In this document: positions 11,867-24,900 of the stretch, one piece after another
How positions within the stretch are numbered: the first letter of the stretch is position 1
Layout: every line of letters starts with the position of its first letter
NCBI GenBank assembly: GCA_012862495.1
Contig: BLSG01000016.1
Span: 1 to 49,235, forward strand
Reading direction: 5' to 3'
Length of the DNA stretch: 49,235 bases
From: Thraustochytrium aureum
Taxonomy: Eukaryota
Program-made: the position numbers and the translations under genes
Notes under the pieces: model-generated
Databases searched by the model: none
Seen by the model: the letters and a program-made list of their open reading frames with translations, nothing else
What the model was told of the DNA's origin: nothing

Positions 11867-12448
11867 TTACACAGTCTTGCGGTCGGTCATGGCGCGCACA
11901 ATCGGCCCGAGGCCGGCGACGTTGACGGTGGCGGCGTGCCACTTGAGCAGCACGCCAGAATACTTGCCTTCCGCGAGGCCCTTGTAGATATACTTCATCA
12001 AGTTGTCGCAGAGCTCGCTGTCCCCGAGTTGTGCAGGTCTGCCACGATGCCCTCGATGTCCTTATCCGCTGGCGAAGAGATGGCCTTGAGCACAGTGGCG
12101 GCGTTCATATCCTGCGCGAGCAGAGCGCACCCCGGCGGTCAGCGACGCCCAGGCCGCCACACCCCGTGCTTCGCCAAACCCTTTCCCCGCTTACTCCCCT
12201 TCCACCCACCCACCCACCCACCCACACAGACATACCCCGGCTCCACCAGAGCCGGCGCCGCGCGGGGCATCACAAGAACATAACAACCAGCTGGCCAGCT
12301 CGCGGCGCTTCGGAGACCGTTTACTCCACTTACCTTGGCTTTCTCATCCTTGGAGCCCGCCGGCGGGTTGATCAGCGCAGTGCGCACGGCCTCCTTGTAC
12401 TTGGACCTGGACAGCAGCGCGTCCACCTCCTTCTGCCTCGCCATCACC
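11867..12448 (-). CDS. ARPC5: Arp2/3 complex subunit 5 (p16-Arc); exons 12334-12448 and 11867-12111, intron 12112-12333, 1-nt frameshift near 12023, 5' end in gap
   Basis: Manual translation gives ALINPPAGSKDEKAK|DMNAATVLKAI...CDNLMKYIYKGLAEGKYSGVLLKWHAATVNVAGLGPIVRAMTDRKTV*, the diagnostic ARPC5 C-terminus. The 3' exon is missed by the ORF track. Confidence 0.93.
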
Positions 12449-13010
12449 NNNNNNNNNNNNNNNNNNNNNNNNNNNNNNNNNNNNNNNNNNNNNNNNNNNN
12501 NNNNNNNNNNNNNNNNNNNNNNNNNNNNNNNNNNNNNNNNNNNNNNNNNNNNNNNNNNNNNNNNNNNNNNNNNNNNNNNNNNNNNNNNNNNNNNNNNNNN
12601 NNNNNNNNNNNNNNNNNNNNNNNNNNNNNNNNNNNNNNNNNNNNNNNNNNNNNNNNNNNNNNNNNNNNNNNNNNNNNNNNNNNNNNNNNNNNNNNNNNNN
12701 NNNNNNNNNNNNNNNNNNNNNNNNNNNNNNNNNNNNNNNNNNNNNNNNNNNNNNNNNNNNNNNNNNNNNNNNNNNNNNNNNNNNNNNNNNNNNNNNNNNN
12801 NGGGCGGCGGCCAGGCTCTGGTTGCTGGCGTTGGGGATGGGGTGGGTGTGGTGTGCTTAGATTTGAACTCGGTTTCGGTCGCGGCGCCCGGAGGTGGGAG
12901 GGAACGGGCCAGCGCGACGGTTGCGCACGACATGCTACTCTCTACGCTCGACCGCACGTCCCGTCGCTAGCTCCACACGTCCTCTTCTCGCTAGCTCCAG
13001 CTGGATGGAG

Positions 13011-16000
13011 CTACTGATGGGGAGTTGCTTGCGAGGCCGAGGCTCGCAGGGAGTGAATTGGGCCGTCGGCGACCACTCCCATCGCAGCACGAACGGCGTC
13101 GAGATCGAGAGTCGAGGTTGCCGCACACTGCGAGCAGCAGTCCAACGCCGCTCGAGCAGGGCAACCACGATACTCGAAGACCACACGCGTCGCAACGGTC
13201 GCGCTTGAGCCAGCAATTCCGCCGTCCCCACACATTGCACAGGAAGGGCGCGCGCGCGCGTCCGCGAGGCGAGGCGAGAGCAGAAAGTGCGAGCAGTGCG
13301 GCATGGCAGACTCGAGCTGAACGTTCAGCGTGAGCTGCAGTCGCGCTCGAGTCACCGCTACGTACAGCAAGTTGACCTCGGCGATATCCGGCGGCCTTTC
13401 TGACCCCGCGAGCTCGTAAAAGTCATTGGCGATGAGCACATTGTCAAACTCGAGGCCCTTGGACTTGTGCACGGTCGTGAGGACGTGCCGGGCCTGGTTC
13501 CAAGGCAAAAGCATCCGCTCGACTCGCAGGCAGAGCTCGAGCAGCTCGTCCTCGCGCTCTTGAAAGCCCTCCACAATGGCAACCTTGAAACCCCACTCCA
13601 CAGCCCCCGTCTTGGCGACGTGATCAACAAGGCTGTGCAAGGAGGCGAAGCGGCCAACGAATTCCGACTGGATCTTGTGCCGCTGCTGTGTAGCCAGCAA
13701 GCACATGTCGATCACGTCCTGTAGGCCGCTGTTCTTGACATCGCCAACGATCCCAAACCGAGCCCTCGGCACTTCGTGGGCCATCGCGATCGCCTCTTGG
13801 AGGACTTGGCGATTCGTGCGGCAGATCACGGCAACGACGCCGTGCGGACGGCCGCGGTCCTGCTCGTACCGGCTCGCCAGAAGCGTGCGCGAGTTGCCTT
13901 CGCTGGCATCATGGGCAAAGTAGAGCCCTGGGCCGAGTCGGGCCGGCCCGCGGCTCGCGCCCGCGTGCGGCTCATCGAAGGCGGGGCCCACCGGCTTGGC
14001 ACCAAGGAGAAGGCGCGTCTCGCCTTTAAAGTGGCGGAGGATCCCATTCGCGACGGCCGCCACGGCGGGGCCGAATCGAAAGCACCGCGAGAGGCGAAAG
14101 TGCTTGACACGTTGCTCAGGGTAGTGGTCCTGCACGGCCAGCGCATCCTGCGCCCCGAGGAACTGGTAGATCGCTTGGTGCTGGTCGCCCACGAGGAGCC
14201 TCGCGCAGCGCGTCTGTGTCATAACGATGTCGCGCGCACAGGGGCTGCAGTCCTGCGCCTCATCAAGCATGACCACATCGTACTTGTTCCACAATACTGG
14301 CTTGGAAAGCTGATACAGCTTGAGGTAACCGTTGTGGAGCATCGGAACGGGCTCGGCGACATCTGCGAGCGAGCCAGGCCCAGAGGCAGCCGCGGCACGG
14401 GAATGGCCCGGGAGCTCTTGCATGCGCTCCCACAGGTACCGAGCCGCCGGAAGCAAAAAATCAGTCAACGTGGGGGCACCAGCGCGCGTCAGCTTGCCTT
14501 TGCTGATGGCTGCCTGTGCGTCAGTCTCAAACTTGGCCAAATCCTCCTCGCTGATATCGGCAACGGCGGCCTCGACATGGCTGACTTGGACAGCCTCGTC
14601 GACAGAGGCAAAAAACTTGTCGAGAGTGTTGCTGGCGAGCACGAGGAGGCGCTCGCGCGGCAGGAGGAGCACGCGCGAGTTGTCGTCGCGCACCAGCCGC
14701 CTCTCGAGTTGGCCCCTTAGCGCAGAGTTGAGCACCGAGTAGCCGAGCTCTTGCCGGAGCTTGTTCACGTATTTGCGACCTACGCTGGCAAAGGCCAGCT
14801 TGTGCACATTGACGCACGTCACATTTTCCGGGAAGAGGCGCGAAGCCTCCTCGCGCACGCTCACGTTGAAGACAATGTACAGAAACCGAGTGCTCGGCCG
14901 CATTCGCGAGTAGTGAAGCAACGTGGTTGTCTTGCCGGTGCCTGCTAGCGCGTGCACCACGGCAACCTCGCCTGGGGCCAGGGAGGTTTGTACGATGGCG
15001 AGCTGCTCTGCAGTCAAGGCCCGGTTCGAGCTCCCCGACGACGAGACGAATCCCGCGAGCGGCGGCGGCACGATCAACCCCGCCGGAGCCTGCAACAAGT
15101 GGAGGTCGTGCTCGATCTCGGTCGCCACATTCTCCCATGCGTGAAAATGGGGCAGGGCTGCATCGGCGGCAGCATTTCCAGAGCGCGAGTCCTGGGCCCC
15201 AAGCGCACGTAGGGCCAGGACGACAAAGTAGGCCAGTTCGAGTCGCTCTTGCCGAAAATGCAGCCCTTTCGCCGAGAAGGAGCGGGGCAGCAGCTGCCTG
15301 ACGATTTTCCCGCGCGCATCCGGGCCCGCCAATACTAACGGGACGGTGAGGACGAGCCCGGGCGTCGGGCTAGCCCCTGGTGGCAGGGGCCGGCCCGCTT
15401 TGCCAGCCAGCGCGGCGCGCAGGAACGGTGTCCACACCGGGTCGTCCTCCAGCGGGGCGCTCACGATCTCTAGGGCCGCCTGAAGGTTGAGCCATGACGC
15501 GGTCCGCCGCGATACCTCGTCGGCGAGTCCTAGGACGTCCCTCGGGGGCTGGCGCCCGCCCAAGCACCCGACGAAGGCCTGCGCGAGGCTGGACTTGACG
15601 CAGATTGCACGCCAGTACAGTTTTTGGCAGGGCATGAACGACTCGGCGTCCACGACGCGCCGCCACGCTGAGCAGGTTGCACGTACACGGCCGAGCACGT
15701 CAACGTAGTCGAGGACGGCGGAGCCGAAGACGAACGTGAGCAGCTCCGGCTGCAAGCGCGCCCAGCTGCGGCCGCCTGTAAGCCGCCCTCGCGCGTGCCG
15801 CTTGGCCACGGTCGGCCCACAAAGCGTCTTTTGCTGCGCTGCCGAGCCGCCACCGACTGCGGGCCGCCGCTTCGCTCTGGGTGCCACCGAGGAGCAGTAG
15901 GTTGCCATGCTGCGCCGGACCAGCGCGTCGCCGAGCCTGGAGAGCTGGTCGCGGAGAAACGCGCTCACATACTGGTCACTACCATCGCCTCGCTCTGCAC

Positions 16001-16685
16001 TAGAATCGGTGCCGGATGCAATGCGTGCTGCGGACACGAAACCATGTGGTGCTGCATTCGCGCCACTGAGCGAGGCTCGAGGCCCTTCCCGGCGGTGCTC
16101 TGGCATGGCGAGATCTTGCACGGCCGTCGAACTGAATCGGAAGGTGATCAGCATGGCGTACCGGAGCTCGTCGAGCCGCGGCGGGCGGAGGGCGAAGGCC
16201 TGGACATCGCAAACCAAGCCGTCGTCCCAGAGCGGCGTGAAAAACTTGTTCGTCGCCATCTCGACGTACCCGACGTCCAGCTCGGTTTGTGCGTTGCGCA
16301 CCAAGATCGCGTTCGCGTCCATGCCGTTGTCCGGCTCTCGCGCAAGCAGCACCTCGACTTGCTCGGGCAGAGTGGCTCCGACCTCGGGGGGGCTACGCCC
16401 GTCTGCCCCAAGCGCAATGTGGTCCTGCGAACTACTCGCTGGCGAGAAGATAGGGTTGTTGTGGAAGCGGCGTCCGGTGAGCCAGCACAGCAGGGCAAAG
16501 CGTCGCGGGTGGGGCCCGTGGAACTCGCTCGCCAGCATGCGCAGGGCGTCAGGGACCATCGCGGGTCGCCCCGCCACGGGCAGGGCCTTTCTGCCCATGA
16601 GGACGTCCATTGCGGAAGTGGCCTTGCGCTGGCTCGATGGGGAACCGAGTTTGCTTTTTTGCGACGGCTTTGCACCAAGGACCTG
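13011..16685 (-). CDS. FBH1: F-box DNA helicase 1-like UvrD/SF1 helicase with N-terminal HIRAN domain and C-terminal Cys cluster; 5' end may lie in the gap
   Basis: SF1 motifs ALAGTGKTTTL, VMLDEAQD, VGDQHQAIYQF, LSRCFRFG, TTVHKSKGLEFDNV and EVNLLYVAVTRAR. F-box SWARLQPELLTFVF...VRATCSAWRRVV. HIRAN-like LAREPDNGMDANAILV...VGYV. Confidence 0.85.
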   Translation of the reverse strand, partial: QVLGAKPSQKSKLGSPSSQRKATSAMDVLMGRKALPVAGRPAMVPDALRMLASEFHGPHPRRFALLCWLTGRRFHNNPIFSPASSSQDHIALGADGRSPPEVGATLPEQVEVLLAREPDNGMDANAILVRNAQTELDVGYVEMATNKFFTPLWDDGLVCDVQAFALRPPRLDELRYAMLITFRFSSTAVQDLAMPEHRREGPRASLSGANAAPHGFVSAARIASGTDSSAERGDGSDQYVSAFLRDQLSRLGDALVRRSMATYCSSVAPRAKRRPAVGGGSAAQQKTLCGPTVAKRHARGRLTGGRSWARLQPELLTFVFGSAVLDYVDVLGRVRATCSAWRRVVDAESFMPCQKLYWRAICVKSSLAQAFVGCLGGRQPPRDVLGLADEVSRRTASWLNLQAALEIVSAPLEDDPVWTPFLRAALAGKAGRPLPPGASPTPGLVLTVPLVLAGPDARGKIVRQLLPRSFSAKGLHFRQERLELAYFVVLALRALGAQDSRSGNAAADAALPHFHAWENVATEIEHDLHLLQAPAGLIVPPPLAGFVSSSGSSNRALTAEQLAIVQTSLAPGEVAVVHALAGTGKTTTLLHYSRMRPSTRFLYIVFNVSVREEASRLFPENVTCVNVHKLAFASVGRKYVNKLRQELGYSVLNSALRGQLERRLVRDDNSRVLLLPRERLLVLASNTLDKFFASVDEAVQVSHVEAAVADISEEDLAKFETDAQAAISKGKLTRAGAPTLTDFLLPAARYLWERMQELPGHSRAAAASGPGSLADVAEPVPMLHNGYLKLYQLSKPVLWNKYDVVMLDEAQDCSPCARDIVMTQTRCARLLVGDQHQAIYQFLGAQDALAVQDHYPEQRVKHFRLSRCFRFGPAVAAVANGILRHFKGETRLLLGAKPVGPAFDEPHAGASRGPARLGPGLYFAHDASEGNSRTLLASRYEQDRGRPHGVVAVICRTNRQVLQEAIAMAHEVPRARFGIVGDVKNSGLQDVIDMCLLATQQRHKIQSEFVGRFASLHSLVDHVAKTGAVEWGFKVAIVEGFQEREDELLELCLRVERMLLPWNQARHVLTTVHKSKGLEFDNVLIANDFYELAGSERPPDIAEVNLLYVAVTRARLQLTLNVQLESAMPHCSHFLLSPRLADARARPSCAMCGDGGIAGSSATVATRVVFEYRGCPARAALDCCSQCAATSTLDLDAVRAAMGVVADGPIHSLRASASQATPHQ

Positions 16686-17137
16686 NNNNNNNNNNNNNNN
16701 NNNNNNNNNNNNNNNNNNNNNNNNNNNNNNNNNNNNNNNNNNNNNNNNNNNNNNNNNNNNNNNNNNNNNNNNNNNNNNNNNNNNNNNNNNNNNNNNNNNN
16801 NNNNNNNNNNNNNNNNNNNNNNNNNNNNNNNNNNNNNNNNNNNNNNNNNNNNNNNNNNNNNNNNNNNNNNNNNNNNNNNNNNNNNNNNNNNNNNNNNNNN
16901 NNNNNNNNNNNNNNNNNNNNNNNNNNNNNNNNNNNNNNNNNNNNNNNNNNNNNNNNNNNNNNNNNNNNNNNNNNNNNNNNNNNNNNNNNNNNNNNNNNNN
17001 NNNNNNNNNNNNNNNNNNNNNNNNNNNNNNNNNNNNNNNNNNNNNNNNNNNNNNNNNNNNNNNNNNNNNNNNNNNNNNNNNNNNNNNNNNNNNNNNNNNN
17101 NNNNNNNNNNNNNNNNNNNNNNNNNNNNNNNNNNNNA

Positions 17138-19144
<2,007 letters not shown>

Positions 19145-19363
19145 CTCGACTGAGCGAACCTCGCCCTGTATGTTTTTGCCACGCGCTTTTTGGCCCTCTA
19201 CGCTTTCCTGTGAAGAACGGGAGCTAGGCAGCACCCACGCGAGGCGCGACTGAACCGTGCGACGGCCGTCAGACCCGGAGGAGAACGACTTGCAGCCCCG
19301 CTGCGCCTCTGGGGCTGCAAGCTGGCGCGGAATCAGCGGAGAGTCCATGTTCGCGTTCTCGAG

Positions 19364-20156
19364 CTATAGCTTCTCTCTCTCTCGCGCGCGCAGTAGTCGC
19401 TGTTCTCGGCGCTCCAGCGTACGAGCGATGGTGTCGCCAGGTTTGTTTTTCATGGCCTGAGGACTCTGCAGCTGGTATGGCGTGGCGCTCCGCGGAGGGT
19501 CTTTCTTTGTGCACATGACAATCCCTGCCGCTGGTTCTCACCACAGGGCATAACATGTCGACCAGCCGCGCGTCCATCTCGCGCAAACCGTGTCCTGCAG
19601 GCCCTCCGTCTCTCCAGCATGCCATGCCGTTCCAGCCAGCTTGTGGAGAGAACATAGGCCGGACCCGTAGGTACTCGGAAGCAAATAGAAGCAAAGACTG
19701 ACGATGGATGACGAATGATGGCCCTCCGACGTCGAGACACGAAGCTTCCGTGACAAACATGTTGACGATGGTCACTCGCCGGTCGAAAAAAGGTTGCACC
19801 GACATCCATCGNNNNNNNNNNNNNNNNNNNNNNNNNNNNNNNNNNNNNNNNNNNNNNNNNNNNNNNNNNNNNNNNNNNNNNNNNNNNNNNNNNNNNNNNN
19901 NNNNNNNNNNNNNNNNNNNNNNNNNNNNNNNNNNNNNNNNNNNNNNNNNNNNNNNNNNNNNNNNNNNNNNNNNNNNNNNNNNNNNNNNNNNNNNNNNNNN
20001 NNNNNNNNNNNNNNNNNNNNNNNNNNNNNNNNNNNNNNNNNNNNNNNNNNNNCAACTCGAAGACGAAACAGCGGTTCGGAAGCAAGAAACGAGACGCCAG
20101 CGCGCCGACGCGTCCACGTCCTGCACGTCCTCCGTCTCCCCTGCATGTCCGTCCAT
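19364..20156 (-). CDS. Possible hypothetical protein, interrupted by a gap and probably frameshifted
   Basis: Open minus-strand frames on both sides of the gap (MDGHAGETED..., ...SFVIHRQSLLLFASEYL..., ...TLERREQRLLRAREREKL*). No recognisable motif. Confidence 0.25.
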
Positions 20157-20627
20157 AATTCTCGTTGTCCGATCGCACCGAAACGGGCGGACAGGCGCCG
20201 TTGTCCTCCCCACGAAACAGGACTCCTCGCATCACCGTCACCCCTCCGTCACGTGCCAGCGTTCGGCGGGTTGGCTGCCGGCGCAGGCCGTCGCAGGTTT
20301 CGCAATTGTGCCCCTCACAGCTCGCCGCGCCCCAGCCAGCAGCATTGTGAGCGCGAGCCAAGCCCTCCTCACGACCCTCCTTTCGCCCCCACATCCGGCT
20401 GTGAGGTCTGCGGCGCTTGGCGCGCAGCGATTGTGAGGACGAGCGGCGTTTCCCGCTTGAACTCGTCCGAATCCTGCGCTGCCTCCTACATCATGTCGCT
20501 GTGAGTACGGATGCAAGAATGAGTGAGTGAGTGAGCGATAGATTGGCAGAGTGCTTCGAGCTGCAGCAGCAGGCAAACGACGATCATCGCGCGGCACGCA
20601 GGGGCGAGCAGCTCAGCACTGGAACAG

Positions 20628-20805
20628 GTGAGTGAAGGGCGGCGATGCTGGGGTGCTGGCTGGGGTGCTGGCTGGGTTGCTGGCGGGACGGACGGTCGGT
20701 CGGTTGGGAGGTATGGATGCTTGCACGGCCCACCGTGTTGGTGATCTCGCTGCTGCGCGGTTGGGCGGACAGGCGCGGCGGCTGACGGCGACGCGCGGCG
20801 AGCAG
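20628..20805 (+). other. Probable 5'-UTR spliceosomal intron of the succinyl-CoA ligase alpha gene
   Basis: CAG|GTGAGT donor, GCTGAC branch site at 20781 and CAG acceptor at 20803-20805, with the same geometry as the other introns in the window. Confidence 0.55.
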
Positions 20806-20842
20806 ACGCGCGGGCAATTGCAAGGGAGGGAAGGTAGGCGTG

Positions 20843-21808
20843 ATGTTTTCGCGCGTGGCTCAAAGCGCGCAGCGCGCCGGCGCCGTGGCAGGCGTGCGCA
20901 ACCTGTCGGCCACCGCCAAGGTGTGGGTGGACAAGAACACAAAGGTGATCTGCCAGGGGTTCACCGGCAAGCAAGGCACCTTCCACAGCGAGCAGGCCAT
21001 CGCGTACGGGACCAAGATGGTAGGCGGCGTCTCGCCCGGCAAGGGCGGGCAGGAGCACCTCGGCCTCCCCGTGTTCAACACCGTGCAGGAGGCCAAGGAC
21101 GCCACGGGGGCGGACGCAACCGTCATCTACGTGCCGCCCCCCTTCGCGGCCAAGGCTATCCTCGAGGCCATCGAGGCGGAGATCCCGCTCATCACCTGTA
21201 TCACTGAGGGCGTGCCCCAGCTCGACATGGTCAAGGTCAAGTGGCACCTGAACAAGCAGTCCAAGTCGCGCCTCATCGGGCCCAACTGCCCCGGGATCAT
21301 CAAGCCCGGCGAGTGCAAGATCGGCATCATGCCCGGCTACATCCACTTGAAGGGGAAGATCGGCATCGTGTCGCGCAGCGGCACGCTCACCTACGAGGCC
21401 GTCGCGCAGACCACGGCCACCGGGCTCGGCCAGTCGACCTGCGTCGGCATCGGCGGCGACCCCTTCAACGGCACCAACTTTATCGACTGCCTCGAGCGCT
21501 TCACCAACGACCCGGAGACCGAGGGGATCATCATGATCGGCGAGATCGGAGGCTCTGCCGAGGAGGAGGCTGCCGCGTGGCTCAAGGCGCACGGGGACCC
21601 CAACAAGCCCGTCGTCAGTTTCATCGCTGGCCTCACGGCGCCGCCCGGCCGCCGCATGGGCCACGCTGGCGCCATCATTGCCGGCGGCAAGGGCACCGCC
21701 TCGGCCAAGATTGAGGCGCTCCGCGACGCTGGCGTCACCGTCACAGAGTCGCCTGCCCGTCTCGGCACGACCATGCTCGAGCAGATGAAGGCCATCGGCA
21801 AGGCGTAG
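20843..21808 (+). CDS. SUCLG1: Succinyl-CoA ligase subunit alpha, mitochondrial
   Basis: [47 protein letters not shown] and [13 protein letters not shown] (phospho-His). Arg/Ala-rich presequence and strong codon bias. Confidence 0.98.
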   Translation: MFSRVAQSAQRAGAVAGVRNLSATAKVWVDKNTKVICQGFTGKQGTFHSEQAIAYGTKMVGGVSPGKGGQEHLGLPVFNTVQEAKDATGADATVIYVPPPFAAKAILEAIEAEIPLITCITEGVPQLDMVKVKWHLNKQSKSRLIGPNCPGIIKPGECKIGIMPGYIHLKGKIGIVSRSGTLTYEAVAQTTATGLGQSTCVGIGGDPFNGTNFIDCLERFTNDPETEGIIMIGEIGGSAEEEAAAWLKAHGDPNKPVVSFIAGLTAPPGRRMGHAGAIIAGGKGTASAKIEALRDAGVTVTESPARLGTTMLEQMKAIGKA

Positions 21809-21957
21809 ACTCCCGAAAGCGCCCCTTTCCTTTCCTCTCCTTTCCTTTCCTTGCCCCCATGATCCCCCATCCTAGCCACGCGCGCTCCTCTTCTTGCCCG
21901 CCGCCGGGCCCACAGCAGCATCACGGGGCGGCGATTTTCTTGGCGCTCGTGGGCTCT

Positions 21958-24900
21958 ATGCGCACCGCGCTGCCCCTGTTACCGTTGGGCTCGCCCGAGC
22001 CCACAATCGCGCTCGTCGTGTCCGCTCCGGGGCCCTCCGGGGCGGCAGCGACGCCCAGCGAGAGCGGAGCGGCCGGCCCCTGCCCGCGGCGCCTGCCCGC
22101 GGCCCCTGCCCGGTGCCNNNNNNNNNNNNNNNNNNNNNNNNNNNNNNNNNNNNNNNNNNNNNNNNNNNNNNNNNNNNNNNNNNNNNNNNNNNNNNNNNNN
22201 NNNNNNNNNNNNNNNNNNNNNGCCACGCCAGATGCCAAGGCCAGCGCCGTGGCCGGCCTGTACGCCGCAGTGGAGGCCGAGGCTGCTGCCGTTGCGGAGC
22301 AGAATGCCAAGGTATCGAGGAAGCGGCAGAGGGGACGCGCGGTCGGCGCAGGGCTCAGCGAGGAGGCACGGGGCGGCCTGCTCGCGGGCCTGCTCGCGCT
22401 TGTGAACGAGCCCGCTGCGACGAACGTGACGCGGATCCAGGCCTGCCGAGTGCCTTCTGCTGTGCTGGGGGGCGGCACGGCCACGCGCATGGATTGGAAG
22501 CGACTCGGTCGCGCGCTTATGGTGCCTACCGAGCAGGGCGATTTCGTTGGCGGGCAAGAAGACCACGGGGGCCAAGGCCACGGGGACCCGACCGAGCACT
22601 TGCACCAAGCCAAGACGGAGGCGGCGCCGCGCCGCAGGCGCATGCCCCGTGCGCGGAAGCGTCCAGAGCAGCTCCTCCTTAAGCCCAAGCCTGGCAGCGC
22701 AGCTTTGGCCGCGCTCGGTGCGCAGGCCGCGTACGCCGGGGGCGACCGCCGCAGGGTCCAATCGCACGCCGGCGTGGTCGGCGTGCTGGTTGGAGCGGAA
22801 ACAAAGCACGTCAAGGACGACCTCTCTGCGGCAAGCAAACTTGGATACGCTGTCCCGATGATGTGGTACCCAGATAGGCACCCGAAAGGCGTGCAGCGGC
22901 CGTCCGAGCACAACAAACTGCCGCCAATCCTCGACGCCGCGAGGAGCCCCACAGAAACGCCTTATCGCACAGCAGCAGCCGGTCCTAAGAGTCCCTCCGC
23001 ATCGCGCCGCAGCGGCAAGCGTGGCGGCGGCGTCGGATCGCCCCGCCCTCAACGATCCCCTGAGCAATCTCCGCACAAGTCTCCGGTCTCGCCCCCTATG
23101 CGCGGCCCAAAGCGATCAGGGTCATCGCCTACGTCACCAGGGTCACGCCGAGAGCAAGGCTACACTGCAGCGACAAAGCTCTTCTCGCCAGGGTCGCGAC
23201 GCGAGCAGGGGTACGCTGGAGCCGCAAAGCTGTTTTCCCCGCGGTCCCCTCGCTCGCCTCACGCCAAGCCGCTGAACGGACTCTCGCCCCCCGTTCCCGG
23301 GCGCGATGCCGCTCCAATGAGGTCACCGCAGCCGATGCGCTCGCCCGCTTCTAAAAGGTCGCCGCGGTCGCCTCATAGCGCCCTGAATAACAATGCCGGC
23401 GACGAAGGCCAGCAGAGCCCGCGGGCGTTCCAGGCGCAAGCCATGGCAGCCCTACAGGCGCTCGGGGCGGCAAGCGAGGACGAGCTGCGCGTTGTCCTCG
23501 AACAAGAGCGAGAGATCTGGGCAAAGTTGGACGATTCGATCCAGGCGCAGCGGCAGGCCCTGCCGACGCCCTTTCTGCTTCGTCAGGGCTTGGAAGTCGC
23601 CTACTCGCGCGAAGTGGCGCGGCGCGTTCTAGAAAAGCTGTTCGTTTTTGCAGGGCGCGAGCCCCAGAGAGCGCCGTTCCGCAAGTGGCACGAATTCATG
23701 CTCGCGGAGCGGTTCAAAGAATTCGTCAAGTACGCGAGCATGGACAAAATCCGCACGATTATGCGCCGCATGATCGAGGGCCGCAAGACGCTGGCGTGGA
23801 GCAAGTGGACCGACTTTGTGGAGCATTGTCGGCATGTTGAGCGCACGAAAAGCGCAATCTTGATGCAACGGGTTCGTAGAGGCAACCTCGGCCGGCTTCA
23901 GTTTCGCGAGCACCGCCGACGCTGGTACGCCGCGCGGTCGATACAGAGCTGGCTGCGTTGCCTTGTTGCCAAGCACAGATTTTTGCGCCTGCGCCAAGCA
24001 GCAACCACGGCCCAAAGTCATGCGCGCAAGTGGAAGGTCATCCGCACCGTTCGTATTTGGCATGCGGCGGCGACGCGCTTTCAAACCCTGCCAAGAATGG
24101 CGGTGAAGCGCAAGTACTATTTAGAGCTCCGAAGGGCAACGATGCTCATCCAGGCCAACTATCGCGGCGTGCTCGGCCGAGTTCGCTTCAAAGTGTGCAT
24201 GTCCGCGCACATGAGTGCCTTCGAGGCGCGTTGGGCCGCGGCTGTCAGGCTCCAGGCTGCCTGGCACAAGTNNNNNNNNNNNNNNNNNNNNNNNNNNNNN
24301 NNNNNNNNNNNNNNNNNNNNNNNNNNNNNNNNNNNNNNNNNNNNNNNNNNNNNNNNNNNNNNNNNNNNNNNNNNNNNNNNNNNNNNNNNNNNNNNNNNNN
24401 NNNNNNNNNNNNNNNNNNNNNNNNNNNNNNNNNNNNNNNNNNNNNNNNNNNNNNNNNNNNNNNGGCGCTCGCGATCCAGACGCGCTGGTACATCTTCAAG
24501 GACCAGTTCCCATCTTTCATATTGATGCGAAGCTACCTGATTCAGGACGAAGTTGATCGGCTCAACAAGCGCTTGGCGAAACGGGCTCGCCGCGCCGAGG
24601 CAGTCGTCAAAATCCAGCGGCTTGTGCGATGCGTCTATGCCTGCCGCCTCCGCAGCCGCCTTGCGCTCGAGTTTGTGGCGTCGCGCTCCGTCCAGGCCGC
24701 CGTGCGGTCCTTCGTCGCCCGGCAAAAGGTTCGGCGTTTTGCTGTGGTTCTTGGCAAGATCATTCTCATCCAGCGAATGATTCGGCGCGGCTTGGAGCCC
24801 AACTCGAGTGCGGCGTGCCGTATACAGGCGCTTTGGGCCCGCTACCGCTCGGTGCATGTGGCTCGAGAAGCGTTCGCCCGCGGCGAGTCTGCGCTGGGTT

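Noticed and set aside
20486..21664. Long antisense ORFs over SUCLG1, DHX15, PDE12, CRAL-TRIO and arrestin
   Set aside because: Shadow ORFs are expected from high GC3 codon bias and show no protein motifs.
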